A stretch of 64,000 nucleotides of DNA, from the NCBI GenBank assembly GCA_012964335.1, contig DTUF01000032.1, forward strand, positions 17,513-81,512, in the 5' to 3' direction. This DNA is from Candidatus Poseidoniales archaeon (GTDB taxonomy: Archaea; Thermoplasmatota; Poseidoniia; Poseidoniales; Thalassarchaeaceae). Shown piece by piece: positions 1 through 11,120 of the stretch. Positions within the stretch are counted from its first letter, which is position 1. Each line of letters begins with the position of its first letter. The position numbers and the translations under genes are program-made. The notes beneath the pieces are model-generated. The model saw nothing but the letters and a program-made list of their open reading frames with translations. It did no database searches and was not told the DNA's origin.

Positions 1-228
1 AATTACTCTAAGATACGGCTCCCCATTGCTATCCTTTAATTTACCACGCTCACTTACTGAACGTTCTTTACTCCAAACAAGTAAATCACATAATTCATCA
101 ATCAATTCAGGATTTAGTGCATTAAACACATCCTCGCGTTGTAACGTCAGATAACCCACTGGACCTTCTATATTGAGAGTGCACAAGCCGGTTTCCGGCA
201 TTAATTCTCCAATTGAAAAATCATTCAT
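1..228 (-). CDS. enoyl-CoA hydratase/isomerase (crotonase) family protein, N-terminal fragment running off the window
   Basis: My own minus-strand translation from the ATG at 228 gives MNDFSIGELMPETGLCTLNIEGPVGYLTLQREDVFNALNPELIDELCDLL..., a crotonase-type N-terminus. The frame is open to position 1. It lies 13 nt downstream of the carboxyltransferase gene, the usual leucine-catabolism pairing. Confidence 0.55.
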   Translation of the reverse strand, partial: MNDFSIGELMPETGLCTLNIEGPVGYLTLQREDVFNALNPELIDELCDLLVWSKERSVSERGKLKDSNGEPYLRVI

Positions 229-241
229 TGCAATTGCTCCT

Positions 242-1852
242 TCACATTCTGAAAATGCCGTATTCTGAATCCGGGAAAGGTCCATTCAATGCGGCGGAAA
301 TACTCAATCCCAGTACATCCCTAGTATCTCTTGGGTCAATTAAGCCATCATCCCACAAGCGGGCAGTAGCATAGTAAGGAGAACCTTCGGTTTCATACCT
401 ATCTAGAATGGGTTTCTGGAAGTTATCCAACTCATCACCTTCCATTGGTGCTTGACCCTCACGAGCACGTTGGTCCTGCTTCACGGTAGTCAACACACTC
501 GATGCCTGAGGACCTCCCATAACTGAAATTCTAGAATTGGGCCACATGAAAAGGAATCGGGGGTCATATCCTCTACCGCACATGGCATAATTCCCAGCAC
601 CATGAGAGCCGCCAATAATTACAGTGAACTTTGGCACCGGTGCACAAGCAACTGCGGTGACCATTTTTGCCCCGTCTTTTGCAATCCCACCGGCTTCATA
701 TTCGCTTCCAACCATGAATCCAGTGATGTTCTGTAAGAATATCAGTGGGGTGCCTCGCTGGCCACACAATTCAATGAAGTGAGTGGCTTTGAGCGCTGAT
801 TCTGAAAATAAAATCCCATTGTTGGCAACTATGCCAACCGGATAACCATGGATGCGAGCAAAACCACAAACAACAGTAGTGCCATAACGAGCCTTGAACT
901 CATGGAATCGAGAACCATCGGTGATTCTGGCAATGACCTCTCTAACATCATACGGCATTCTGTTATCTTCAGGAATTATTCCCAACAACTCTTCAGGATT
1001 ATGATGTGGTGGTTCAGGAGTTGTTACATCCAACGCAACTTTGTATGGTGCAGGAAGATTCTCCACAATGTTGCGAACAATTCTGAGGGCTTCTGGCTCA
1101 TCTTCAGCAAAATGATCAGCAACACCAGACTCTACTGTATGGACTTCAGCCCCACCTAATGCTTCTGCTGTGACTTCCTCGCCTGTAGCTGCCTTCACAA
1201 GTGGTGGCCCAGCAAGGAAGATGGTGCCGTTGCCTTTGACTATGATTGATTCATCACTCATAGCAGGAACATAGGCGCCTCCGGCAGTACATGAGCCAAG
1301 GACTGCAGAAATCTGAGGAATGCCTTTACCGCTCATTACTGCTTGATTGCGAAATATTCTACCAAAGTGTTCACGATCAGGGAAAACTTCATCCTGTAAT
1401 GGCAGAAATGCCCCTCCAGAATCCACTAGATAGATACAAGGCAAACCATTCTCTTCAGCAATACTCTGGGCGCGAATGTGTTTTTTAACAGTCATTGGAT
1501 AGTATGAGCCGCCTTTCACGGTCGCGTCGTTGGCAACGAACATGCATTCACGACCGTGAACCATTCCAATTCCAGTAATGATTCCTGAACTGTGAGCGTT
1601 ACCATCGTAAAGACCGTTTGCTGCTAATTTACTTAATTCAAGGAAAGCTGTACCTGGGTCACAAATGGCCTCAATTCGCTCTCTTGGTAACATTTTACCT
1701 CGGCTTCGGTGGCGCTCGACATATTTTCCACCACCTCCGTCCATCACGGCATCCATACGGCCCTCCATCGCTGCCACAAGAGCTCGATTATGTTCTAAAT
1801 TAGTGGTGTATTGTTTGTCGCTAGTTCGCACCGAAGAAGGTAGTCTATCCAT
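242..1852 (-). CDS. methylcrotonoyl-CoA carboxylase beta-subunit-type acyl-CoA carboxyltransferase
   Basis: The ORF 242..1903 shows long colinear similarity to MCCC2-type carboxyltransferases ([96 protein letters not shown]). I place the start at the internal ATG at 1852 (MDRLPSS), which removes the overlap with the upstream gene. Confidence 0.9.
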   Translation of the reverse strand: MDRLPSSVRTSDKQYTTNLEHNRALVAAMEGRMDAVMDGGGGKYVERHRSRGKMLPRERIEAICDPGTAFLELSKLAANGLYDGNAHSSGIITGIGMVHGRECMFVANDATVKGGSYYPMTVKKHIRAQSIAEENGLPCIYLVDSGGAFLPLQDEVFPDREHFGRIFRNQAVMSGKGIPQISAVLGSCTAGGAYVPAMSDESIIVKGNGTIFLAGPPLVKAATGEEVTAEALGGAEVHTVESGVADHFAEDEPEALRIVRNIVENLPAPYKVALDVTTPEPPHHNPEELLGIIPEDNRMPYDVREVIARITDGSRFHEFKARYGTTVVCGFARIHGYPVGIVANNGILFSESALKATHFIELCGQRGTPLIFLQNITGFMVGSEYEAGGIAKDGAKMVTAVACAPVPKFTVIIGGSHGAGNYAMCGRGYDPRFLFMWPNSRISVMGGPQASSVLTTVKQDQRAREGQAPMEGDELDNFQKPILDRYETEGSPYYATARLWDDGLIDPRDTRDVLGLSISAALNGPFPDSEYGIFRM

Positions 1853-1899
1853 GTCGACCCATAGGGTCGAACTCAAACAGGTGTTTGAACGGTGCGGCT

Positions 1900-3300
1900 T
1901 CAAACACCCAACATAAGCCGTCCTAGGTCCCTAAGGCCCGGAGCGAGCCCTACGGTAAGAAGTCCGAGAACAACCAATAATCGAAGATGAGATTGACGTT
2001 TTTCCCACCGCCACTCAGCAAAGAATAGAATGACCACCAAAGCCAAGGCCATTTTTACCACAAAAAATCCCCAGCCGCCTCCAGCACCACCTTCATCGCC
2101 ACCAGCTAAACGCATTACTAGAGTGGACAGAACATGCTTTTCAGAATAGCCAAAAACATCAACCCCCAACCAAGATGCGAAACCATCTACAAGTTGACCA
2201 TATACTGCCAACAAAACAATGGGTGTTGCAAAGGCTGCCTGCTTGACAACGTTTTCATATTCTTCAAACTCATTGCCTTCAAGACTTTCCCATTCTTCAA
2301 GGGTCATTCCATCATCTAGCACACCTGGTGTTTTTCCTTCGCTAAGCAGTTTCCTAAAGGAATCCAAGCCGCGACGACGTAGGAGCAAGACGATAATGAG
2401 TGGGCAACCAAGAATCACAAATGCTGGCCAAATCGTAAGTTCTCCAGCAATTAACTGAGTTTGTGCGAATCCCATTAAACTCGCTGCGGTCAAGATGCAA
2501 GCACCGATACCCGCATAAAGTAAAGAGCGCTCTAATTGATTCCAATTCTTTAACCAGTTATTCCAACTGAATTCTTCAACTTCAAAGAAGAACCAAAAGA
2601 ATGCTGGAATCAGTATTACTACAGCAATATTCCCAGCAACCGAAAATTCGTAAAAAAGAATCACGTGGCTAATTACCACCATCATCAATGGCAAGAAGGT
2701 TAGGAATTTTTCCTTTTCAGGACTGGATTCCATCTCTTTTAGAATTGGAACAAAGACTCCAATGAGTAATATCCATCCAGCAGTTTGAAAGTGAATAATT
2801 GGAGACACAAACCAAGAATCAACATTATCTGCGAAAAGTCCTGCATCTTCATGCACTTCAACCAATACCGCCCAAAATACCCAAGGCAGCAAAGCGTAGA
2901 GCATTCTATCTTCACTCGAAATACCCCACTTTCGTATTAACGCTGATAGACTAACGATGAAAGCCACTAGAAGAATCCCATATGCGGCTGTATCAACAGG
3001 GTTGTAACTTGAATCGCCACCACCTTCACCAACAATCGGTTGCACGATGTTGATGTCAATAATGTCCCATAATGTCCACACATCAGCAAAAAGCCCTAGC
3101 AAATAGGCGATTCCAGGTAACGCCATACCTAAGCCAATTATTGTGAATGCTACTAACTCATGTTTGGCAAACTCAGAATTGGGCAATGAACGAGGAAAAC
3201 TAACTTTTGGAGACGAATCTTTCTCCTGTGTAGCAACTACAACTTCATCAGTCAATCCAACATCTTCAGCAGATTCTGATTCACCCTCGTCAGCGCTCAT
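1900..3300 (-). CDS. polytopic integral membrane protein, function unknown
   Basis: 466-aa ORF with an acidic N-terminus followed by many hydrophobic helices ([69 protein letters not shown]). I recognise no catalytic motif. Confidence 0.75.
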   Translation of the reverse strand: MSADEGESESAEDVGLTDEVVVATQEKDSSPKVSFPRSLPNSEFAKHELVAFTIIGLGMALPGIAYLLGLFADVWTLWDIIDINIVQPIVGEGGGDSSYNPVDTAAYGILLVAFIVSLSALIRKWGISSEDRMLYALLPWVFWAVLVEVHEDAGLFADNVDSWFVSPIIHFQTAGWILLIGVFVPILKEMESSPEKEKFLTFLPLMMVVISHVILFYEFSVAGNIAVVILIPAFFWFFFEVEEFSWNNWLKNWNQLERSLLYAGIGACILTAASLMGFAQTQLIAGELTIWPAFVILGCPLIIVLLLRRRGLDSFRKLLSEGKTPGVLDDGMTLEEWESLEGNEFEEYENVVKQAAFATPIVLLAVYGQLVDGFASWLGVDVFGYSEKHVLSTLVMRLAGGDEGGAGGGWGFFVVKMALALVVILFFAEWRWEKRQSHLRLLVVLGLLTVGLAPGLRDLGRLMLGV

Positions 3301-3332
3301 TGCGCGGCCGAGCCGGCTCTACCAAAAGAGGT

Positions 3333-4082
3333 TCACTCTTCTTCGTCGTGCTCGTGGTCACAGTTTTCATCGTGAACGTGTTCTTCTTCCTCTTCTTCTG
3401 CAGCCTCTCTGAATTGGTGTACATCTCTAAAGACGATTGTCTTAGCACCAACAGTGTCACGAAGTGAACGAATGAGTTGGAATTTTGCCATACCCCATGA
3501 TTGATCATATCCGAGGAACTCAGGGATTGTGATGGATACATCATCGCCGTCAAACTCTACCTCAAAGTCATCAGACCCTGTTGACATTTTTAGAAGAGTC
3601 ATCACCATCTCATCCTTCTCTTCAATAACCTTAGTAATTCGGTAATTATAACGCAGTGATTTACCTGCTAACTCGTGATTGAAATCAATTCGCGCACGGC
3701 CAGCGCGGAACATGACTAAGGTGCCCTTACGGCCCCCTATCTCAACTGGGCCACCAACTTGTAGATTGTCAGGATCTCTGACTTGTCGAGCCAATTGTTG
3801 TGGACCCAACATTTCAACTGCACCTGGGTCGCGTTCACCGTATGCTTTGTCTGCTGAAATCTCAATATCGTAATCAGTTTCAGCCTCAGCTTCTTCAAGG
3901 CTTTCTTCAAATCCCGGAATCAAAGTTCCAGCACCGATAGTGATGCACAAGGGCTCATAATTTCGTGACTCTTCGTGAACGTCATTTGACTTTGCAGACT
4001 CCTCACGCGTGGTCTCAATTAGCTTTCCTGAATCAACCTCAAACAGGTCGTAATCTATGTACACAATCGTGCCTTCTTCCAT
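3333..4082 (-). CDS. FKBP-type peptidyl-prolyl cis-trans isomerase, long archaeal/SlyD-like form with a metal-binding-type acidic/His tail
   Basis: FKBP core signature (GTIVYIDYDLFEVDSGKLIETT ... IGAGTLIPGFEESLEEAE ... AGKSLRYNYRITKV) with a C-terminal tail EEEEEEHVHDENCDHEHDEEE. ATG at 4082; an alternative GTG lies at 4091. Confidence 0.85.
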   Translation of the reverse strand: MEEGTIVYIDYDLFEVDSGKLIETTREESAKSNDVHEESRNYEPLCITIGAGTLIPGFEESLEEAEAETDYDIEISADKAYGERDPGAVEMLGPQQLARQVRDPDNLQVGGPVEIGGRKGTLVMFRAGRARIDFNHELAGKSLRYNYRITKVIEEKDEMVMTLLKMSTGSDDFEVEFDGDDVSITIPEFLGYDQSWGMAKFQLIRSLRDTVGAKTIVFRDVHQFREAAEEEEEEHVHDENCDHEHDEEE

Positions 4083-4161
4083 GAATACCACTTCAACCCC
4101 TAATGGGGCGAGCCGCCGACCGACTCCCCCTTTATGAGTGAAACGGTGAATTTATCCAATA

Positions 4162-6708
4162 TCAATTAGGAGAAAACGGCTTACTAGGTCGCTGGAATGA
4201 GGTAGTAGCGATACCTAAAGTTGAGAGGACAATGATTAGCCAACCAGCCCATACAAGATGACTTCCAGAGAGATGATATACAGTCAAGCGAACCCTATCA
4301 AGCCCAACCTCGCCGCTCTCAATATCCATAATTCCTGACGCATTTCCTAATGCCTGTGTTTGCGACCAATCAAAGATAAATACAGTATCACCACTAAAGG
4401 ATGTATACCGGTCTACCTCACTGCGTGGGAAACTGTTTGAGCCGTCAAACCTCAACATACCTGGGTTAACACTCCCCAAAAAAATACCCTGCTCATCGTA
4501 GATGTCAATCTTAGCGCCGAGGAATCCATCACCGACCGAAAAGCGCTCGTTAAATTCTTCATCATCAGGGGAAAGAACTGTCCAATCATCAAAAGTTAGT
4601 TGGAAACCTTCATGAGAAACTTGTTGCCCTTGCACCAAGACTACTTGGTGAGCGGGATCTGTTCTGTCAATCAGTGTGGTTGTGAATATATGCCCAACCA
4701 GTAACAAAAGAATCCCTACATGGGCAGTGTGAGCAAGGGCACTACGCATTTTTGCAGGAGAATAACCCTTTGCTGTTCGCTGATAGAGATCATACGCAAG
4801 ACGCATAATTGATGGAATTGCTACGATTAGGATAGGCAATAGTAACCATGCGACTTCACCGCGATTTATTGTGTCACTAAATTGAGAATTGCTATCACCA
4901 ACAATAGGAATATCAAGGAATACTCCAACAACAATTCCCATGACAATAAAGCCGAATAGAAGAAAGGGTACCATCTTTTCTGGTACTGTATCTTTCCAAG
5001 AATACGTTGCCAAGGCAGAAGCAATTAGTAGAATTAGCGGAGCACCAAACATCTCATGCATCGCTAGTGATGTGCCATCTACACTAGCAATCATCAACAT
5101 CCAAGTGAGGGTGAAAAAGGTTCCACCAATTACAATCGGAGCGAATAGAGATAGGCGAATTTGTGTTTTCCGAAATGAAAATTCCAATAGTCGTTCCTTC
5201 AAAGTCTGTTCTTCTCCCTCTTCAACATCTTGAACCAGTAATGGCCAAATGAAGATTAACAGCCCTATTCCGGCTGCATATACATCAATTAAATAAGCGT
5301 ATACTGAAGTTAATATAACAACTATTCCAGCTACTGTCCAAACCATTTCTGACTCTTTATCTGAACTTGCTTTCAGCAGCATCAATAGAATGAGAAGTGT
5401 TGCAATTAATGGTTCATCAATGTATAATGATAACAGAATTATTGCGGCCATTGAAACCGTCTTCTCACGGTTTGCAAACAATTTCGAACCAGCAGGCTCA
5501 GGTGGTAACATGATAGCCAATAATGGAGCCGCGGCTGCAATGAGTAGAATGAATGTAGGCAATTGCTCTAGTAGGCTTGATTCTGCCCCAAACAAATCAA
5601 CAGAAATTAGCCAAGATAATGGTAAAAACAAAATCATCCATAATGAAAATCTGCTAGCGAATTGTAGGTTTTCAACACCACCAATCCTAGCTTGACGCGT
5701 AACCATCACAGCCACGGTAATGGCCAAAATTGCTACTAGTGAAATTAGGTAAGTAATGACCTCGGTTCCGCTGACTCCTGAATTTTGTAAATCCATAATT
5801 CGCAATATTGCAGAATCACTCTGAGAGCCCACATCTTCTGATACAAAAGCATGGACTGAAGCCCACACACCATTGGCCCTCGTGACCATGGTCGCGTGAA
5901 TAGAGAACCACCCAGGGAGGATAGCTAAAGGAAGGACAAAACCACTATTTTTCCCACCAGGGGTCACACGTAAGTGAAGCAGAAGAAGGAGACTAAGCCA
6001 AGGCAAGAGTGATGCTGTTTCAACAGGATCCCAAGCCCAATATCCTCCCCAATCGAGCACAGTATAAGCCCAAAGCCCACCTAGCCCAACACCAATCGTA
6101 CCTACTGCCAATGCTACTCTTGCCGGAGGAGTTACCATTTCACGAAGTTGAGATTCGTCGACTTTTTCATCGCTGAGAACTGTGGCCAGTGCCTTCAGCA
6201 TTACTACGATACAAAGTGAGTAAAACAAGAAAACAAGTGGTGGGTGAAAGACCATCAAATCAGTTTGTAAAAGTGGGTTTAACTCACCTCTCCAACTACT
6301 CTGAGCCAGTCTGAAGGGTCGCATCATAAGAGCAATCGAAAAAATTGTTAGAATTGTCCCATTAACTAACCTACGAAACAGGATTGAACTCTCTTCCCTA
6401 CCTAGACCTTGGAAAGCAAGCCCACAGATTCCCAATAAGCCAGCCCAAAGCAGAGTTGGCCCTTCTCTACTAGCCCAAACCGCACTGATACGGTAGGTAA
6501 TTGGCATCTCACTGCCCCCGTAAAGTCGAACTAAATCATAATTTGTAGAATCGCTAATAAACAGCCAACTGAGAGCAATAAATGGTAAAATTTGAATTGT
6601 GCTAATGACCCGCGGAATCCACAATGATTGCTGCTTGGACAGATTCCTCCACGGTATTGAGATTCCGGTTACGGAAGCGCCGATTGCTAACCAAAGAAGC
6701 CACTGCAC
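4162..6708 (-). CDS. ccmF: cytochrome c-type biogenesis protein, CcmF/heme-lyase family
   Basis: 848-aa multi-TM protein carrying the Trp-rich heme-handling (WWD) motif LDWGGYWAWDPVETASLLPWL, plus a C-terminal extracytoplasmic domain and a final TM helix as in CcmF. Confidence 0.85.
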   Translation of the reverse strand: MQWLLWLAIGASVTGISIPWRNLSKQQSLWIPRVISTIQILPFIALSWLFISDSTNYDLVRLYGGSEMPITYRISAVWASREGPTLLWAGLLGICGLAFQGLGREESSILFRRLVNGTILTIFSIALMMRPFRLAQSSWRGELNPLLQTDLMVFHPPLVFLFYSLCIVVMLKALATVLSDEKVDESQLREMVTPPARVALAVGTIGVGLGGLWAYTVLDWGGYWAWDPVETASLLPWLSLLLLLHLRVTPGGKNSGFVLPLAILPGWFSIHATMVTRANGVWASVHAFVSEDVGSQSDSAILRIMDLQNSGVSGTEVITYLISLVAILAITVAVMVTRQARIGGVENLQFASRFSLWMILFLPLSWLISVDLFGAESSLLEQLPTFILLIAAAAPLLAIMLPPEPAGSKLFANREKTVSMAAIILLSLYIDEPLIATLLILLMLLKASSDKESEMVWTVAGIVVILTSVYAYLIDVYAAGIGLLIFIWPLLVQDVEEGEEQTLKERLLEFSFRKTQIRLSLFAPIVIGGTFFTLTWMLMIASVDGTSLAMHEMFGAPLILLIASALATYSWKDTVPEKMVPFLLFGFIVMGIVVGVFLDIPIVGDSNSQFSDTINRGEVAWLLLPILIVAIPSIMRLAYDLYQRTAKGYSPAKMRSALAHTAHVGILLLLVGHIFTTTLIDRTDPAHQVVLVQGQQVSHEGFQLTFDDWTVLSPDDEEFNERFSVGDGFLGAKIDIYDEQGIFLGSVNPGMLRFDGSNSFPRSEVDRYTSFSGDTVFIFDWSQTQALGNASGIMDIESGEVGLDRVRLTVYHLSGSHLVWAGWLIIVLSTLGIATTSFQRPSKPFSPN

Positions 6709-6772
6709 GAAAAGAGCGAGGAGCCATCAACTGATGGCAATTTCGGCGACAAGGACTGGTTGATTGTTATGA

Positions 6773-8008
6773 TTACCATCCGTAGTATTTAGCGCGGCTA
6801 TAACCAAATGCTAACATCGCTGGAATTATTTTCTTAAAGTATAGACTTGGCCTTCGTACTAGTAATCGAATCCCTACCATGGCCTTTCCTGATATTCCCA
6901 TTGAAGACATCTCTTCAGGGAAACAATTGCCCATCAATGACATATCAGAATCACTGAGAGAATACAATGCTGTTTTACCTTTCAGAATCTTTTCATAAGG
7001 TGGGAATTCTCTCTTCCAGCGGGTCGCATAAATAGCTAACTTAGCCGCTGATATATCTCCAGCAGCAATCGCTTCAGCGGCTGTCTGAGCAGCAAATGCT
7101 GCTGATTTCAAAGCCAGATGAGAACCACCTTCAAACAAAGGTGAGGTGAAACCGGCGGCATCGCCAACCAGCATTATTCCATCGAAATGAGTTACTTCGT
7201 GTGGCCCAGAAATTGGAATAGTTCCACCAAAACCCCGTAGTTTCAAACCCTCTTTCCGCCATGGTGGATTTATCATTTCTAAACCCTTAAATTCACCGTC
7301 CTCAATGAATTGATCAAGCGCCTTTACTGCCCCTTTTTTATTCTCTGTAACTAATCCGATGTTAGCCCTTCCATCTGACTTTGGAATCATCCAGAGATAA
7401 CCCTTTTCAGCATATTTAGGCCAAATATAGAAATCTAAGTAACCATCTGATGGGACATCTAATACCTCATATTGCATTCCGGCAATCACTTCTGGACGAG
7501 GATTCAATTTCAATAGTTTTGAGCATACTCCAGCAACTCCAGATGCATCAATTACAATCTTAGCAAAAATTGGAAATTGATCTCCTTTACCCTCACAAAG
7601 CCAGCCATTGAAAACACCATCAATTTCTTGGCGTTGCAATTCTGTCAACTTGTGTGATAAATGTAATTTAGCGCCTTCTTCAACTGCTTCTTCTGCTAAC
7701 CACTGTTCAAACAGATGCTTTTCTAGAACGTATCCTGGTTCACTCAATTTTTTTGCTGTGCCATCGGGAAATAGCACTCTGATACCATCAACAGGACGTG
7801 AAATTACTGATGGGGGGAGGTCAAGTTGTAAATTATTGACTGCTAAATCTGAAATACATTCTCCACAGTGGACGGGGGTGCCAATCTCATCATGGTCTTC
7901 AATTAAGATTACTTTGAGACCTTCTCTTGCGCTGTGTAAAGCCGCCGCACCACCGCCAGGGCCTGCACCGATGACCAAGACATCACACTCTGTTGCGGCT
8001 CCCTCCAT
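6773..8008 (-). CDS. geranylgeranyl reductase family flavoprotein (archaeal lipid/prenyl saturation type)
   Basis: N-terminal FAD fold CDVLVIGAGPGGGAAALHSAREGLKVILIE, followed by the PVHCGECIS motif typical of digeranylgeranylglycerophospholipid reductases, then GDAAGFTSPLFEGG. Confidence 0.85.
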   Translation of the reverse strand: MEGAATECDVLVIGAGPGGGAAALHSAREGLKVILIEDHDEIGTPVHCGECISDLAVNNLQLDLPPSVISRPVDGIRVLFPDGTAKKLSEPGYVLEKHLFEQWLAEEAVEEGAKLHLSHKLTELQRQEIDGVFNGWLCEGKGDQFPIFAKIVIDASGVAGVCSKLLKLNPRPEVIAGMQYEVLDVPSDGYLDFYIWPKYAEKGYLWMIPKSDGRANIGLVTENKKGAVKALDQFIEDGEFKGLEMINPPWRKEGLKLRGFGGTIPISGPHEVTHFDGIMLVGDAAGFTSPLFEGGSHLALKSAAFAAQTAAEAIAAGDISAAKLAIYATRWKREFPPYEKILKGKTALYSLSDSDMSLMGNCFPEEMSSMGISGKAMVGIRLLVRRPSLYFKKIIPAMLAFGYSRAKYYGW

Positions 8009-8107
8009 GAGTTGGGATGAGGGCAGTCACTTCATGAATAACACGGTTGCTAGAATATTAACAATGTAAGTGAATTTGATAGAATGTCCACCCTTGATGT
8101 TTCTTAG

Positions 8108-10171
8108 GTGAGGACCCCTCCGAGGGCCGTGGGATGGAGTAACCTACAGCAATTTATCGCCGCCCTTGAGGAACAAGGAGATGTGCTTCGTATTTCTAGG
8201 CCGGTTGATGTGGAATTAGAAGCTGGCTGCATTGCTGACCGCCTCGTCAAAACAGAGGGCAAGGCTGTGATTTTTGAGCAACCAAGATTGCCGGATGGAA
8301 CTATTTCTACAATTCCGCTGGCGATGAATCTTTTTGGAACTCGCCAACGAGTGAAAACTGCACTCGGCGTTGATGATTTAGCAACTATTGGAAAGCGACT
8401 TGTAGGGCTGATGAAGCCTGATGTTGCAACCATTTCGAAGAAACCCTGGCAAGGCATCAGTTTAGCTCGGCAAGGATTACGAATGGCACCAAAACGAGTG
8501 AAAAAAGCGGCTTGCCAGCAAGTAGTAATGGAAAATCCAGACCTAACCACTCTGCCAATTCCAAAAACTTGGCCAGGAGATGGGGGTCCGTTTATCACTC
8601 TACCATTAGTAGTCACAAAAGACCCTATCAGCGGTGAGCAAAACCTTGGAATGTATCGCTCGCAAATATATGGCCCGACTGAATGTGGACTTCACTGGCA
8701 GATGCACAAACACGGGGCAGACCATGCTGATGCTAGTGTTGGCTCGGTCAATAAAATCCCAGTTGCAATTTGCCTTGGAGGACCCCCCGAATTAATTTTC
8801 AGTGCAATTTCACCACTTCCTGACAATCTCTCAGAGTTTATGTTTGCCTCTTTCTTAGCAAATCAAAGGTTAAAATTAGTGAAGGCAACTACTCAAGATT
8901 TGTGGGTTCCAGCAGAAGCAGATGTAGTAATTGAAGGATATTGCGTCCCTGGAGAAACAAAAACCGAAGGCCCGTTTGGTGACCACTTTGGATTGTATAG
9001 TTTAGAAGGAGACTACCCGGTGATGCATGTGACCGCCATTACTCACCGAGTTGATGCTATCGCCCCAATGACAATTGTCGGACTTCCACCAATGGAAGAT
9101 GGATATCTGGGTGAAGCAATTACCGATGCTTTCCTGCCAATATTGAATTTCCAGCACCGAGATGTCGTTGATATGTTCGTGCCACTGCAGACTGGTTTCC
9201 ACAACCTAGCAATTATTGCATCTAAACAAAGATACCCCCGTCAAGCAAGGAAAACCTGCCTTGGATTACTTGGCGCAGGGCAATTAATGTTCACAAAAAT
9301 TTCTGTAGCAGTTGACCCGAGCCATCCGGTGAAAGACCTGAATGCACTCCTTGACGTTCTCCATGAAAAAGTGGACCCGCGAAGTGATTTAGTTACGATT
9401 CCTGGGATGGTTGCTGACACTCTTGATACTTCATCACCATGGGAAAATGTTCACGACAAATTACTGATTGATGCCACAACATTACCGAGTGCCGATCCGC
9501 GAAAAGGAGGAGTAGGGCTACCGAGGGGAACCGGATTTGATGAATCCCCTGATTGGCGTCGTGGACAAGTTGATGCGCCGGGGGTTTCGGTTGACTTCTG
9601 TGCCAAAGTAAGAGCAATGGATGAAGTAACTGAGGTAATTCTTCTAAGACCATCAATCATGGTCATAACCACAAAAATTGATGATACACCTAGCCCAAGT
9701 AACGGAATGCAAGCAATTCTTGACCCAGCCTCATGGGCATTACAAGTTGAAGCGAGTAGGGCTCAAAGGCAACGGATTTTTCAATTGATGAATTCAATTT
9801 GGCAATTGGAAGAATCTGACGACCTAAGGTGGTTATTTATCACTGATGATGATGTGAAGTTACACTCGGCAGGAGCAAACCAAAAACTACTATGGCAATT
9901 AACCGTAAGATTTGATGTAGGCAGAGATTTACATTTTGATGCAGACCATAGCAGAGTTTGCTGGGATGCTACCACGCCAATCCCACACCCCGGGCGCAAA
10001 GCGTTAATGAGTGCAGGTCAAGAAATATCGGCCCTAGACCCAATTCTTCCTATCAGGAGTTGGCCGGCAATCACTATCCATGACCAAGAAACTCTTACTA
10101 AAGTAACCAACATGGCTGGCTATGATGGGTATGAACAGAGAACTTGGCAACCAAATGTTTCGGGGTGGTAA
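8108..10171 (+). CDS. UbiD-family (prenyl-FMN dependent) aromatic decarboxylase with a long C-terminal extension
   Basis: UbiD-type N-terminus (NLQQFIAALEEQGDVLRISRPVDVELEAGCIADR, KAVIFEQP, GGPFITLPLVVTKDP, NLGMYR, GPFGDHFGLY). GTG start. At 687 aa it is roughly 190 aa longer than E. coli UbiD. Confidence 0.85.
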   Translation: MRTPPRAVGWSNLQQFIAALEEQGDVLRISRPVDVELEAGCIADRLVKTEGKAVIFEQPRLPDGTISTIPLAMNLFGTRQRVKTALGVDDLATIGKRLVGLMKPDVATISKKPWQGISLARQGLRMAPKRVKKAACQQVVMENPDLTTLPIPKTWPGDGGPFITLPLVVTKDPISGEQNLGMYRSQIYGPTECGLHWQMHKHGADHADASVGSVNKIPVAICLGGPPELIFSAISPLPDNLSEFMFASFLANQRLKLVKATTQDLWVPAEADVVIEGYCVPGETKTEGPFGDHFGLYSLEGDYPVMHVTAITHRVDAIAPMTIVGLPPMEDGYLGEAITDAFLPILNFQHRDVVDMFVPLQTGFHNLAIIASKQRYPRQARKTCLGLLGAGQLMFTKISVAVDPSHPVKDLNALLDVLHEKVDPRSDLVTIPGMVADTLDTSSPWENVHDKLLIDATTLPSADPRKGGVGLPRGTGFDESPDWRRGQVDAPGVSVDFCAKVRAMDEVTEVILLRPSIMVITTKIDDTPSPSNGMQAILDPASWALQVEASRAQRQRIFQLMNSIWQLEESDDLRWLFITDDDVKLHSAGANQKLLWQLTVRFDVGRDLHFDADHSRVCWDATTPIPHPGRKALMSAGQEISALDPILPIRSWPAITIHDQETLTKVTNMAGYDGYEQRTWQPNVSGW

Positions 10172-11108
10172 ATTGGGTGCAAAGGAAATTTTGAAATTCA
10201 TAAAGATAGAACACACACTGTTCTCTCTACCATTTGTCCTAATAGGTTACATCATTGCTTACAATCAATTCATGGATGACTTACCAGTTAGTGTACTGGG
10301 TTGGTTGCGAATAGACCTAGTTTGGATTCTAATCGCTGCTGTTGGAGCCCGTGGCCTTGCAATGACTCTAAATCGAATTATTGATCGTGACATAGATGCT
10401 TCTAACCCTCGTACTGCAAGTCGGGGCCTAGCATCTGGCTCAATGTCTATGAACACTGCTTGGACACTCTCTACAATTTTCCTTTGTATGCTACTGTTCG
10501 GTGCATGGCAACTTAACGAAGTTGCACTAATGATGGCTTGGCTACCAGTCTTGGTCTTTGTCATTTACCCATACACAAAGCGTTACACTTGGCTTTGCCA
10601 CCTATGGTTAGGTCTGTGTCTAGGGCTTGCTCCAGCGGGGGCTTGGGTTGCTGTCGCAGCGGACGTTCATGGATGGGCCGCGATTACCGGTATGCACGAC
10701 GGTTACACAGACCTGCTTTGGTATCCAACTATTTTCTTTATCTCTCTAGGGGTAATGTTCTGGATAACTGTGTTTGACATTAACTACGCACGTATGGATA
10801 TTGAAAGTGATCGTGCAAATGGCATCCATTCATTTCCAGCTAAATTTAGTGAGGAGACTACGACTAGAACCTCAGTTCAACTAACTCTAATGTGGTTCGC
10901 ATGCTTCGCAATTTCTAACCCGATGGATGGATTTTGGTTCTTAGGAGCGGCTGGTCTGATGGCAATTCTAAACATCGCCGTTATCATAGGACGCGAGAAG
11001 TTTGCTGATTTCCAAACGACCCTGTTCCGTGTATCCATGTTGACTGGATGGATTCTTCTAGTGGCGATTATGTTAATGGAACCAGATAAAGGGCTAATGC
11101 TAGATTAG
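10155..11108 (+). CDS. UbiA-family aromatic prenyltransferase
   Basis: FIKIEHTLFSLPFVLIGY plus the Asp-rich motif LNRIIDRDIDASNPRT, a second DINYARMDIESD motif, and about 8 TM helices. The start is ambiguous between 10122 and the ATG at 10155. Either one overlaps the 3' end of the UbiD gene, so the two are likely co-translated. Confidence 0.85.
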   Translation: MFRGGKLGAKEILKFIKIEHTLFSLPFVLIGYIIAYNQFMDDLPVSVLGWLRIDLVWILIAAVGARGLAMTLNRIIDRDIDASNPRTASRGLASGSMSMNTAWTLSTIFLCMLLFGAWQLNEVALMMAWLPVLVFVIYPYTKRYTWLCHLWLGLCLGLAPAGAWVAVAADVHGWAAITGMHDGYTDLLWYPTIFFISLGVMFWITVFDINYARMDIESDRANGIHSFPAKFSEETTTRTSVQLTLMWFACFAISNPMDGFWFLGAAGLMAILNIAVIIGREKFADFQTTLFRVSMLTGWILLVAIMLMEPDKGLMLD

Positions 11109-11120
11109 TGAGGTGATGAA

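Noticed and set aside
8104-8616. 170-aa minus-strand ORF
   Set aside because: It fully overlaps the conserved N-terminus of the UbiD-family gene on the other strand and has no recognisable motifs.
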